In this document: positions 10,797-23,350 of the stretch, piece after piece | Numbering within the stretch: position 1 is the stretch's first letter | Layout of the letters: the number at the start of each line of letters is the position of its first letter | DNA from: Eledone cirrhosa | Lineage: Eukaryota | Length of the DNA stretch: 64,000 bases | Reading direction: 5' to 3' | NCBI GenBank assembly: GCA_964016885.1 | Contig: OZ024764.1 | Location: 22,692,001-22,756,000, forward strand | The notes under the pieces: generated by a model | What the model saw: the letters and a program-made list of their open reading frames with translations, nothing else | What the model was told of the DNA's origin: nothing | Databases searched by the model: none | Position numbers and translations under genes: made by a program

Positions 10797-11375
10797 GAAT
10801 TTATATTTAACAGGGAGATCTTTTACTGTCCCTACCCTTTTCTCTAGGTTGTCTTGTACCTCTCTCACAGTCCCTCTAGATCTTATATTTAACAGGGAGA
10901 TCTTTTACTATCCCTACCCTTTTCTATAGGTTGTCTTGTACCAGTCTCACAGTCCCTCTAGATCTTATATTTAACAGGGAGATCTTTTACTGTCCCTACC
11001 CTTTTCTCTAGGTTGTCTTGTATCTCTCTCACTGTCTCTCTAGATCTTATGTTTAACAGGGAGAATTTTACTATCCCTACCCTTTTCTCTAGGTGGTGTT
11101 GTACCTCTCTCACAGTCCCTCTAGATCTTATAGTTAACAGGGAGATCTTTTACTGTCCCTAGCCTTTTCTCTAAGTTGTCTTGTACCTCTCTCACAGTCC
11201 CTCTAGATCTTATATTTAACAGGGAGATGTTTTACTGTCCCTACCTCTTTCTCTAGGTTGTCTTGTACCTCTCACAGTCCCTGTAGATCTTATATTTAAC
11301 AGGGAGATATTTTAGTCTCCAACCCTTCTATCTCCAGATAGTCTTGTATCTGTCAGTCCCTCTAGATATTACACC
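10797..11375 (+). repeat. 82-bp minisatellite (~7 copies) in the putative 3'-UTR intron
   Basis: TTATATTTAACAGGGAGATC recurs at 10801, 10883, 10965 and onward. Confidence 0.9.
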
Positions 11376-11427
11376 TAGTATCTAGTCTATGTTTTCTAAA
11401 TATCTTAATGTTTCTCTACTATTTCAG

Positions 11428-11860
11428 AATATCACATGACCTTGACAGAAAAGAGTCTTTTAAAGACAGCAGAAAGATGTTACATTCAAGTGATATAAAC
11501 TTATTTAGTCTGTGGTGAAATATTTCTTCTGAATTGAGATAAATAACAACGTTTTCCTTTTTCACTGTCTGGAATATTTACAAGATGATTTTACGTTCTG
11601 ATTAAACTTTGGATATTTACAAAGGAGTTTTCAAAATATTTGGATATTGACAAAGATCACATTTGATAAAATTATGAACAATAAAAATATTTACATCAAC
11701 ATAGGAATATTTTCCAGAAGAGATGGGAAAATCATTATACCACTGTAATATTTGTGGTAAAATATGCTCTCTTCTTCATATGTAGAACATCTAACTAAAC
11801 ACTTTAACTAACAAACTATTGTGCTATAGAATTGACAAACTTGAGGTATGTTTAATAAAT
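11428..11860 (+). pseudogene. Decayed second zinc-finger exon / putative terminal exon
   Basis: Acceptor region homologous to that at 8574; 11723-11785 reads MGKSLYHCNICGKICSLLHM*; AATAAA near 11854. Confidence 0.65.
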
Positions 11861-11913
11861 GTCACATATTTCTCCAAACTTTCGTTTACTAACTTTAATT
11901 TGAAGCTATGTTA

Positions 11914-12136
11914 TCTATATACTACTAAAACTCTGTGATTGTGTCTTGTCCGTAATTTAATACATCTAAAACAGTGCATAATGGGGAAATACTTTGAAAA
12001 GAATAAAACAAGTTTTGTATTAAATGGAGCACAGGTTCCCAAAATACGGGATTTCTGGGTACCTTGATAACTATAGGGAGAGAAAGAGATAGTGGTTGTG
12101 AGAGAGAGGGAGCTGGTGGTGTTGTTTAATAAAATA

Positions 12137-12199
<63 letters not shown>

Positions 12200-12283
12200 G
12201 TATGTGTATATTTTAACTATTTTAATATGACTTTAAAAAATAGTTTTAAGGCAACGTGACCCAACAGGTCGCGAGTGGTCTAG
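11914..12283 (+). mobile_element. Non-autonomous Helitron-like element
   Basis: A|TCTATATACTACTAAAA start; GACC..GGTC hairpin then CTAG|T end; no TSD. Confidence 0.75.
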
Positions 12284-12685
12284 TTTGTTACTAAATACTA
12301 GATATTAGAGGGTCATGTTCTAGATGTGCTGGAAGAGCCATTCCATCTTGTGAGGTTCACCCCAGCAGCTAGCCACCTCAGCACCTATGGTGGTATATTT
12401 ATTATATTATTTATTCTTATCATTAACATTAATATAAAAGATAATTATATATTTTTAGAGAAGAACCTCTAATTTCATATAGCTTAGGGCTTCAGTAGGT
12501 AAAGTCTGGCCCTGCTTGTCTTGTATTTTTTATGGGAGAAGTTAGGGAATACGGTTATTGTGTGAAAGTTTTCTAAATCTTCTTCAGCCACTAACATGGA
12601 GAAGATATTTCAGTAAGAAGGTTCACATCCTGACATCTATAGCTGTTAACAATGAGGTTGGAATTCATTATTAAACAAATGTTAT

Positions 12686-13730
12686 ATCATCATCACTGTT
12701 TTACATCAGTTTTTCCACGCTGGCATGGGTTAGACGAGTTATCCTGTTGTAAGCAATGCCAGGTCAGGTGACCACGTGTTGCTCCTACAGAACCAATTTT
12801 GGATTGGTTTCTACAGCTGGATGCCCTTCCTAGCACCAACCTTATTTACATTGAGTACTGGGTGCTTTTTACTATCTCACCAACTCGACCACTTCACAGT
12901 GTGGGCTGGGTACTTTTTTACTTTTTGTCATGACACCTACATGACCACTTTACAGTGAGTACTGGGTACTTTTTATCGTGACACCTACATGACCACTTTA
13001 CAGTGAGTACTGGGTACTTTTTGTTGTGACACCTACATGACCACTTTACAGTGAGTACTGGGTACTTTTTGTTGTGACACCTACATGAACACTTTACAGT
13101 GTCAATTGGGTACTTTTTGTCGTGACACCGACATGACCACTTCACAGTGTGGATTGGGTACTTTTTGCCATGACACCTACATGACCACTTTACAGTGAGT
13201 ACTGGGTACTTTTTGTTGTGACACCTACATGACCACTTTACCGGGTGGACTGGGTACTTTTTGTTGTCACACTTACATGACCACTTTACAGTGTGGACTG
13301 GGTACTTTTTGTCATGACACCTATGTGACCACTTTACAGTGTGGACTGGGTACTTTTTGTTGTGACACCTACATGAACACTTTACAGTGTCAATTGGGTA
13401 CTTTTTGTCGTGACACCGACATGACCACTTTACAGTGTGGATTGGGTACTTTTTGCCATGACACCTACATGACCACTTTACAGTGAGTACTGGGTACTTT
13501 TTGTTGTGACACCTACATGACCACTTTACCGGGTGGACTGGGTACTTTTTGTTGTCACACTTACATGACCACTTTACAGTGTGGACTGGGTACTTTTTGT
13601 CATGACACCTATGTGACCACTTTACAGTGTGGACTGGGTACTTTTTGTTGTGACACCTACATGACCACTTTACAGTGTGGACTGGCTACTTTTTGTCATG
13701 ACACCTACACAACCTCTTTACAGTGTTGGC
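12686..13730 (-). repeat. RTE 3'UTR remnant (minus) expanded into a 48-bp minisatellite (~17 copies)
   Basis: CATCATCA tail at ~12687; unit ATGACCACTTTACAGTGTGGACTGGGTACTTTTTGTTGTGACACCTAC resembles the reverse complement of RTE UTR 29529-29586. Confidence 0.85.
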
Positions 13731-13822
13731 AGCGAAATCTAATGCACCAGCTTCAGTAATCAGAAGATACATAATATACATATATACACACACACACACA
13801 AACAAAAATATATATATATATT

Positions 13823-15871
13823 CAGTGGTACCTTGACTTACAAGTGTCCCAACTAATAAGTTTTTCGAGATACGAGCCCTCTCTCGGCTGATTTTTTGCG
13901 TTGAGTTCCAGAGTAAAACTCGGGTTACGAGTCAGCTTCAGATGCCCCACCACGAGTTGCCATAGTGACCGCCACAGGCAATACCGTAATACCCGCCCAG
14001 CATCCCATGGCTTCGAAGAAAGTGAGACGAAGGACAGTTCTGAGAAGAAGAAGCAGATGATGTGTATTGAATTAAAGAAAGAAATTATAGAAAAACATGA
14101 CCAAGGTGTGTGTAGTGGACTTGGCGAAGCAGTACGAGCGTAGCACTTCTACGATATGTACCATACTGAAGTAGAAGGACTTGATAAAGGCTATAACCCC
14201 AGCTAAGGGTGGTAAAATAATTTCTAAACAGCGGACATCTATCCATGAAAATGTGGAAAAGCTGCTGATGGTGTGGTTGAAGGAGAAGCAGGTCGCAAGA
14301 GATACTGTGATGAAGATTATAATATGTGAGAAGGCACGAGCTATTTACGCTGATTTGCTGCAGCAGACCCCAGGTACTTCTACGGACGAGCCATCAGCAA
14401 GCCCTTTAATGCCAGTCGGGGTTGGTTTGAGAATTTTAAAAAGAGGACCGGCATTCCCTCCTTTGTCAGGCATGGTGAGGCAGCGAGCGCGGATATGAAG
14501 GCAGCTGAGGATTACCTCAAAACCTTTGCCGGAATTATAGCAGCCAAAGGATACATCCTTCAGCAAGTCTTTAACTATGATGAAACAGGACTTTTTTGGA
14601 AGAAGATACCAAAAAGGACTTATATAATGGAAGAGGATGCCTGGCCACAAACCCATGAAGGATACGTTAACCCTCGCACTGTGCCAATGCGAGCGGTGAC
14701 TGTAAGATTAAGCCGCTGCTCGTTTATCATTTGGAAAACTTTAAGTCGCATAAGATTCTGAAAGAAAAACTGCAGGTTTTGTGGAGGGAAAACCCGAGGG
14801 CATGGGTCACCAGCCAGTTCTTTGTGGAGTGGGTGAATTTGGTCTTTGGTCCTGACGTTAAAAAATATCTCCAGGAAAATAACCTACCCCTGTAAACCCT
14901 TCTTGTCCTAGACAGTGCAACTGCTCATCCATCTAACCTCGAAGAGTTCAAGTTTATAAAGGTCCTCTACCTTCCACCAAACACCACCCCTATCCTACAG
15001 ACCAAGGACCAGCAGGTACTTTCTAATTTCAAGAAGCTCTTCACCAAGCACCTGTTCAGTCGCTGCTTTGAAGTGACGGAGAGCACAAACTTCACCCTTG
15101 AGAGGTTTGGAAGGACCATTATAACATCGTGATATGCCTCAGAATTATCGATATGACCTGGCAGGGTCTTACAAAGAGAACCTTGACCTCTACATGGAAG
15201 AAGCTGTGGCCTGAAGTTGTGTCTAAAACAGACTTTGAAATACTCGAACCCGAAGCGGCAGTGGTGGAGGAGATTGTACCCCTCGGTAAGTCCATGGGCC
15301 TGGACATGGATGAAGGTGACATCAACGAGCTCATCAAGGAGCACTCCGAGGAGATGACAACAGGGGAATTAAAGGAGCTACAGACACAGCAACACACGGA
15401 GTTTTTGCAGGAAATAGGTGACACAGAGGAGGTTATCTCAACAAGTGAGATGAAACAAACCTCATTAGACAGGTTTTTATCGAAAATCCCTGCAGATAAA
15501 AGTGAGGAACGCGTGGCGAAAAGGGGCAAAAATCAGCGAATAAGATTCAGTTATTCAGTTCATCCTTTCTCCTCCGTCAACATCCTCAAGTCGTCTGATC
15601 TCCAAGATAGATGCTGTACATTATACTTAATAAAACTAGTTTGTTGCAGTACATTCTATTCTATTGTTTTTTTATATACAATATTTGTTATTTATAAGTA
15701 CATTTTTCTTATTTAAAAACACGTAACAAAACAAACTGGTTTTGGGGGGTCTGGAACGGATTAATGGCATTTTAATTTATTTCAGTGGGGAAAATTGATT
15801 TGACATACGAGTAATTTAAGTTACGAGGTCCTCCACGGAACAAATTAAACTCATAAGTCAAGGAACAACGG
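13823..15871 (+). mobile_element. Tigger/pogo-like DNA transposon, degenerate (CENP-B HTH plus DDE)
   Basis: TIR CAGTGGTACCTTGACTTA; ORF pieces IELKKEIIEKH, EKLLMVWLKEKQ, QVFNYDETGLFWKK, LPPNTTPILQ. Confidence 0.92.
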
Positions 15872-15909
15872 TGTGTGTGTGTATATATATATATGAAGGA
15901 ACGATCGAC

Positions 15910-16352
15910 CACCAAACAACCTCTTTCAACATGGCTATTACGCACAGAAAAACCGCCTTTGCTTTCTTTGTGAAGAGGGGAGGCGGCTTGATTGTCATCA
16001 TGGACTCGGCGGTCAATCGAATCGGCGCCACCCCCGACAGCAGTCGTTCGGCGTAGCCCCACAGATCAGACACGCCCGGACATTGCACCAATGAGTGCGC
16101 AACGGTTTCTTCGTGACGCACGCATCTAGGGCAAATCTTTTTCGAGGGTTCCCTGCCCGAGCGCCCGTATCTGTAGAGCCTCTCTCGAACGGGTAGAGCC
16201 CCCCGGTAGCACTGCCAGGCTAGTGACTTCTGGAAGTTGTCCATTGGTCCCGGGCCGAAAGTCCTACCGAAAAAGCTGGCCAGTTCGTCCTCTTCCATGT
16301 CCAGCGACTCTCCAAGGGTGTCATCGCCCCTGCTAGCCACCAGCCCTCTATG
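15910..16352 (-). mobile_element. L1/Tx1-like LINE fragment (C-terminal CCHC region), GC-rich, unit-2-specific
   Basis: SLAWQCYRGALPVRERL..CPRCVRHEETVAHSLVQCP..LW (zf-RVT-like). Confidence 0.75.
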
Positions 16353-17407
16353 GATATATATATATATATAGTTAAATATTAGACAGGGACAAAAAACAGA
16401 GGCAGTGCAAATGGTAGTTTATACCGAGAGAGAGACAGACAAACACATCTATACCTCTACTACTGTAAAACGTAAAACATATGTAAGGGGAGACAACTCT
16501 CGTTACATCCACCCTTCTTTTTGACATACATTCTTTAGATACTTTGTACAATGGACTCTGCTTTATTTTGTGTCCTAAGTAGATTTCTGTTTAAGTATTT
16601 ACGAGATTCACAATGATTCACGTAACCAAGTTACTTACATAGAGATATATTTCACATAGAATCACAACAAATGAAAATATTAAGTCAACACTCTGTCAAT
16701 CAGTCTCACATCATATGGGGTGCCGGAGTCTCCCTCTAATACTTTCTGAGACAGTCTTACCTCGAGTGATAGCAAGGCTAAGATGTTGAAACTACCAAAC
16801 ACCCTCATATGTATCACCTGACACCTCGGTAAGGAGAGCTGCCAACGATAACAAGAACCTCGTTGTCAGGGACCTATCTCCTCCAACACCACAGACTAGA
16901 ATATTCTACTCTTTATTCCCTATCAAATATATTTCAGTCTAGTCATTTGTCTTGTATCTTGTATATGTATTTTGAAAACTAACTGTCACATTTGTGAGAC
17001 CCCAGTTAGTGATGTTTTCGTCTCCCTCCCACATCTTACATGCTGTAGTAAAAGTGAGGGTCACTGCTTCTGTAGACGAACGAAATAAAAGTTAAACTAC
17101 CAGTAATTATCGGCAAAGTATTTATTCCAGTCTGTGATGTTTGAGAAGCTGGGCTGCTGACAACGAAGTTGTGGTCACTGTTGGCAGCTGGCTTTACCGA
17201 AGTACCCGATGACTCTTGTGAGGGTACTTAGCTGTTCTGGCAACTTCGCCTCCATATGACCCGATCTTACCGAGATACCCGGTGATCTCTGTAAGAGTAC
17301 TTAGCTGTTCTATTTTAATTACATTTACTGTTTTCAACGTTATTTTTTTTTATTACAAACTTTACATAATTTAATTCGGTAAAAATATTTTACGTCACAA
17401 AAAAACT

Positions 17408-17534
17408 TGACCTTTGACATTGAAGCATGCGCAGTGGTGCAGTTGTCGACTTCCTGTCCACGTGTCAGTCTTCCTACAACATCATTTAGACAACATTTCT
17501 GTAAATACTAAACACCTGAGACTATAATGTAAGT
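17408..17534 (+). promoter_or_regulatory. Putative promoter/exon 1 of ZNF gene 2
   Basis: TGACCTTTGAC-GCATGCGCA-ACTTCCTG-CACGTG; donor GTAAGT at 17529. Confidence 0.6.
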
Positions 17535-18221
17535 ATTATGTCTATTAATATTGTAGATTTAAGCTCACCTTTCACATCACAAATATATATTTTCTTGTTT
17601 GTTTCATTACTGGAAATATAAAATGTTATCGTAATTATCTATATTTTACCTACCTCTAATTAATTAAAGTGAAAACTTTTGTTGTTGCTGAAAAATAAAT
17701 TAACAAAACTAAATATTTAAATATTCTAAAGGTCGTTTTTATATTATGTGATGATATAATTAATATATTTTATTACAATTGTATAAATTTACAGTAGAAT
17801 AACGTTGTAAATATGTTTTAAATATATACGTAAATAACATAAGTGTGTAAATAACATTATAAATTGCTGGCAATTCCTTGAGAAAGACATTACAAATGCA
17901 TTGTCTAAACTGTGTATAATAATATAATTCATTGAACAATAATGATAAAGGAAAGAAAAACACAGTGGGAGATGGCAATTGACCACCAAGTGTGATAATG
18001 GGCCACACCTCACACCTTAGGGGTTAACTACACACTTAGAGGCAAGCCAACACACTGGCAGCATTACTAAGGTGTTGAAATAACCAGGTACCCACACGGG
18101 TATCACCTGACACCTCAGTAAGGTGAGGCTAAGGTACTGAAATAACCAGGTACCCTTACGGGTATCACCTGACACCTCGGTAAGGTGTGGCTAAGGTGCT
18201 GAGATAACCAGGTACCCTCAC

Positions 18222-18572
18222 GGAAACGACTAGATTTGTAGAAAAAGTAGGGTGAAAGTATACGAAGAGATGTAGTTTCACAGATCTACTCACACCTCAC
18301 GTTGTGTGGGAAATAATTATTTTCTTAAATTTTTTCTAGACCCCTTTTCAATATTTTCTCAGGACCCCTTAGATACTTGCAGGAGACGATTTATTCCCCA
18401 GTATTAGGGTTAGGGTTTCCGTTTTCAGGAAGAAAAGTCGATTGCAAACATCTAAGAGGTCGAGAAATAAAAATAAGATAATTATTTCCCAGCCAACTGG
18501 AGAAGTGTGTAGCTCTTCTTAACTCCGATAATCCTGTCTCCCACTTCTTTATCTACAAATCTAGTCGTTTCC
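18222..18572. mobile_element. Palindromic MITE paralog (preceded by ~3 copies of the 62-bp repeat)
   Basis: Same TIR GGAAACGACTAGATTTGTAGA. Confidence 0.75.
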
Positions 18573-18972
18573 TGCTACTTTGAAGGCCCTATTTATTGAT
18601 AACACCACTTGTAAATCTTTGTCAACTTTTCATACGTAAATTGTGAATCAGTTATTTTTAAACAAACTATCAAAGAAGTGATCTCACAGTAACTGTTTGA
18701 TTTAATCAACTTATTCCCCCCAAACATTGTCGACCTTGTGTCTAAATCAGAAACTATTATTAGATCTTAAATCAACCCCGTAAAGATGAAGGGCAAAGCT
18801 AACCTCGGCGGGATTTCAACCCTTTATGTTATGAGTTCAAATCCCACCAAAGTTAGCTCTGTCTTTCATTCTAACGGGGTGGATAAATTAAAGTTCCAGT
18901 ACTCTACTGGGGTCTGAGATATTAACGTTTGAGTAGATTCTATCTTTTTGTGTGTTTGTATTTATAATCTTA

Positions 18973-19415
18973 CTAGAACACCTGTGACCTGTTGGGTCAC
19001 GTTCCCTTTAAAAATAATTTTTAAATAATTAAAATATACAGGCATGTCTATAATTTAAAATGAAATTAGTAGTTAGGCCCATGTATATATATATATATAT
19101 ATATATATGCGTGTATGTATGTATATATGTGTGTATGTGTGTGTGTATATATATGTCACAGACACACACACACAACTCGTTATACTTTTAAAATTTCGTT
19201 CAACAACACCACCAGCTCTCTCTCTCTCTATTTATGAAGGTACCAGAAAAAACTCATATCTCGGGAACCTATGCTCTGATTTACATGAAACTTGTTTTAT
19301 CCCATTTGTTTTCCCATTTCAGGGTCAACTTCCTTTCAACTATTTCCCCATTATGCCCCGTTTTGGCTGTATTACATTACAGACAAGACACAATCACAGA
19401 ATTTTAGGTTTATAA
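18973..19415 (-). mobile_element. Helitron-like element paralog (minus)
   Basis: A|CTAG terminus; homologous to 4152-4583. Confidence 0.65.
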
Positions 19416-19466
19416 TGTTATAGTATCATGATAGGGTAATACAGTTATTTATAGACCTGTGGTAAA

Positions 19467-19660
19467 TGTTGGTTCAGTCTACCCTGGGGGGTGTTAGTGT
19501 TGGTTCAGTCCACCCTGGGGGTGTTAGTGTTGGTTCAGTCCACCATGGGGGGTGTTAGTGTTGGTTCAGTCCACCCTGGCGGGTGTTAGTGTTGGTTCAG
19601 TCCACCCTGGGGTGTGTTAGTGTTGGTTCAGTCCACCCTGGGGGGGTGTTAGTGTTGGTC
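19467..19660 (+). repeat. 31-bp minisatellite (~6 copies)
   Basis: Same unit as 4636-5043. Confidence 0.9.
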
Positions 19661-19679
19661 AATGATAACCTTTATAACT

Positions 19680-22600
19680 AGAGGCCTGTTGGTGAGGACA
19701 AGCTGGAAGTGGTGACATCTTTCTGCTACCTGTGTGACATGTCAGCTGGAAGTGGAGCCAAGTTCACTGCCATCGTGCTGTGCCACTCCACAGGTAACAA
19801 GTTTAGGCAGCTTCTCCTAATCCTCAAGACATGCTGGCTACCATTAGACACCATGGGGCAGATTTATAACACCTGTGGGAGAAGTGTGTTGTTTCATGCC
19901 AGCGAGACCTGGGCCATGTTATCTGACTGTCTGAATTGACTCTGAAGAAATGACAAAGCTATGATCCACTGGATGTGTAGTGTGACCATTGAGGATGATG
20001 TCAGCTCAACTGAGCTCCTAAAAAAACTGCTGATCGACAACCTCAAGGATGTGTTTCACAGGAGACACATGCACTGGTATGGCCATGTTGTGCATTCTCT
20101 CTCAACTCATCTATGCTTGGTCGTTGATGCACATTGACATTGCACATCCAACGGAGCATACTTGCTTCATTTCTCTCCAGCCATCGCATATCCTCCAAAG
20201 TTGCTGTGCATGTCTCACTACCGTGCAGCATCACGCATCACAAGCCATTCATTCTTAGAGAGAAACACTTCTTTGTCAACAGAGGAAGCAGCTCCCTAAA
20301 CTTCTTCCAACCTGTCCTTATTCTAGATACTATGGCCTCTGAGCACCCTCCCCCCATGCTAATCTGATCACCTAGATACCGGAAGCTATCAACCACTTCT
20401 ATAGAACCTATCTGCATTTGTAAAATGTGTCTATCACTGCGACTTCTACTGTCAAATTTCCCTGTACATCTACTGCATATGTATTTTTCCCTACCTGTTA
20501 GTTTGCCTGCTATCCCACTACATTTCTTGTGTACCCAAAATCTGCATCGTGTACATTATAGAATTTATGCCAGTTCCTTTTCTACATATTGAACAAGGCC
20601 ATTTCCCTGATGGAATGACAGTTTTGTCCTCTTTTCTACTTATCAACACTTTAGTCTTAGCTAGGTTCACTCTCAGTCCTCTTGATTCCAACTGCTGTTG
20701 CAATAGCCAGAATTTATTCTCTAGCTCCTCTACTGATTCTGCTATAAGAACCAGATCGTCAGCATAGAGAACTTCCCATGGGCAGCCAGTCTTAAACTCT
20801 TCTGTTATGACTTGGAGGACTATAATGAACAAGAGCGGGCTGAGGACCGAAACCTGATGTACTCCTACTTGTATCTGGAATTCCTCACTAAACTCCATGC
20901 CTACCCTCACTTTACTGACAGCACCTCTGTACATAGCTTGCACTGTCCTCACAAACTATTCCTCTACACCTAGTTTCCTTAGGGACCACCAGGTGACAGA
21001 TTGGGGTACTCTATCAAAGGCCTTCTCTAGGTCAACAAAAACTAAGTATAGTGGTTTTCTTCTCTAAGAACCTCTCTTGTAGTTGTCTCACTAAGAAGAG
21101 GGCATCTGTTTGACTCTTTCTCTAAGTTGCGCTAGTATTCTTTCTGTCACTTTCATAACCTGATCCATCAGTTTTATACCCCTATAATTACTCCCCTCCA
21201 GAACATCCCCTTTACCTTTACCTCAATTTATGAGAATACTGCTGCACCAGTCTTTGGGTATGACACCACCATATATAGCTTGATTAATGATGCATGCAAC
21301 CAGTTTAATTCCTACTTCTCCTGATGCTTTCAGCATCTCAGCAACTATCCCCAACAGTCCAGCGGACTTACCATTTTTCATTTCCTTAATTGGACCCTAT
21401 AGTCATCAATCTCAATAGCTGGTCCTTCTGTCGGGTCTACTGAAGGTAGCTCCCCTCCTATTCATTCTCCACATTCATCAGTCTCTCATAATGACATTTC
21501 CAGGCCTCCTTTTTTTTGAGAATCAGTGACACTAAGTGCACCAACATCCTGATTTACACTGACACACTGCCTTGCAATGTGGATCACCGCACATCTCTGA
21601 TCTCCCCATCGCAGGACATTGGCAAACCTTCTACTCTCAGCCTCCCTGCATGTTAAGTAGGCCTGACATCTAGCTTCTCTCTTAGCGGCTGTGAATCGGT
21701 CTCTACCTCTACCATTTTTCCAAGCCTTTTGTCTCTAATGGCTCTATCTACCGTGCTGTTCCACCACCAGGTCACCCTCTGTCTGGTTGGAACTCTGCTC
21801 CAGTCACAAGTTTCTTCAGTAACCTGCAGTAAGTTGTCACCTACGAAATTCCAGTTATCATCCATGTCATAGGACTCTAAATCGTCTTCTTTTTCGTCAT
21901 ACACATCTTGAAGGGCTTGTCTAAATTTATATTTTAGTGAAAGGTCTTTTAGTTTCCAGTCCTTCCTTTTTCAAACCTTCTTGTATGTCTCATTTTGTCT
22001 CTTGCTTACTGAGATGTCACTAACGACTAACCTATGTTGGTGGGGTACATTGTTCCCTGGGGTATGCCTTAGTATTTGACACCATCTGTCTATCTTGCTG
22101 CCTAACTAGCAAGAAGTCAATCTGTCTCATGCGCTCACCTGCTTGGTAGGTTATTAAGTGGTTGGTAGGTTTCTTGAAGTGTTGCAAATGGTTAGTTCAC
22201 TTGCATCACAAAATACAAGAAGCCTCACTCCTTCTTCATTTCTTGAGCCATAACCATGACCACCATGTACCCCAGTGTATCCATCCTGGAACTGTCCAAC
22301 ATGACCATTGAAGTCCCCTGCTATTATAACTAGGTCTCTGTCATTGTGGTTATCTCTACTTATTCCTTTTCTACATATGGAGCAGGGCCACTTTCCTGAA
22401 GGGGTCAGGGTCTTCTCTCCTATCCATTACCACTTTAGTTTTGGCTAAGTATATTCTCAGAACTTACCATTTCAAATTCTATATCTATAGCTGGTCATCT
22501 ACATAGAGAAGTTTCCATAGACAGCCAGTCTTAAACCTCTCTGTTATGGCTTGGAGAACTATGATGAACAACAGTGGGCTAAGAACTAAACCATGATGAA

Positions 22601-22680
22601 CTCCTACCTGTACCTTCAATTCCTCACTAATCACACTTTACTGACAGCTTCTCACAAGCCATTCTTCTACACCTAATTTC
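19680..22680 (-). mobile_element. Degenerate RTE LINE remnants (paralog of 5068-8035)
   Basis: ORF 20518-20952 with GVHQVSVLSPLLF and YADD. Confidence 0.9.
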
Positions 22681-22685
22681 TTTAA

Positions 22686-22893
22686 CCCTTTAGTATATAA
22701 ACTGGCCATATCTGGCCAGAATTGTCTCGTGTCTTTCTGTTCAAACTGGCCGTAACTGGTCATTTATACTTATGTTAAGGTATTGTTCTCAAAATAAGTA
22801 ACATCAAAATCTCATAGATTTGATATTATGAGAGATAAGGCATTTACTGTGAAAATATAAGAGTAAATATAGAGTAATGTGAATACTAAAGGG
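22686..22893. mobile_element. piggyBac-type MITE paralog
   Basis: TTAA|CCCTTTAGTAT...ATACTAAAGGG|TTAA. Confidence 0.8.
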
Positions 22894-23350
22894 TTAATCT
22901 GATGTCACTAATAACTACTTTTATCTGTCAGTTTAATCTAATGTCACTAATAACTACTTTTATCAGTCAGTCTAATCTAATGTCACTAATAACTAACCTA
23001 TGTTAGTCAGCACATTCTTCACCAAGGAAGGCCTTAGTATTTATTACAGTCCATTTATCAATATAGAAATATTATATGAAATTTGTACTGATGTATTACA
23101 AGTTTCTGAGTATCTTATAATGTTCTTTTATTATTTCAGAATACTAGATGACATTGGCATTAAAGAGCACGTTACATCAGACATATCCTCAATATTAACC
23201 ATTTCTAATGAAAGACACTAACCATCATTTTCAAATAATTTTGAAAACACTCAACACTTTGAAGTGATTTAGTAATATAACTAAATTTCTCAGTATTAAG
23301 CTGTGAATTATGTGAGAAACTGAGGTGATTGATATCTTTTAGTAGGAGAT

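Noticed and set aside
12918-13759. Cys-rich periodic ORFs on both strands (also 48601-49162)
   Set aside because: Artefacts of the 48-bp RTE-derived minisatellite
13823-15871. Domesticated TIGD/CENP-B gene
   Set aside because: Fragmented ORFs with shared frameshifts and retained TIRs
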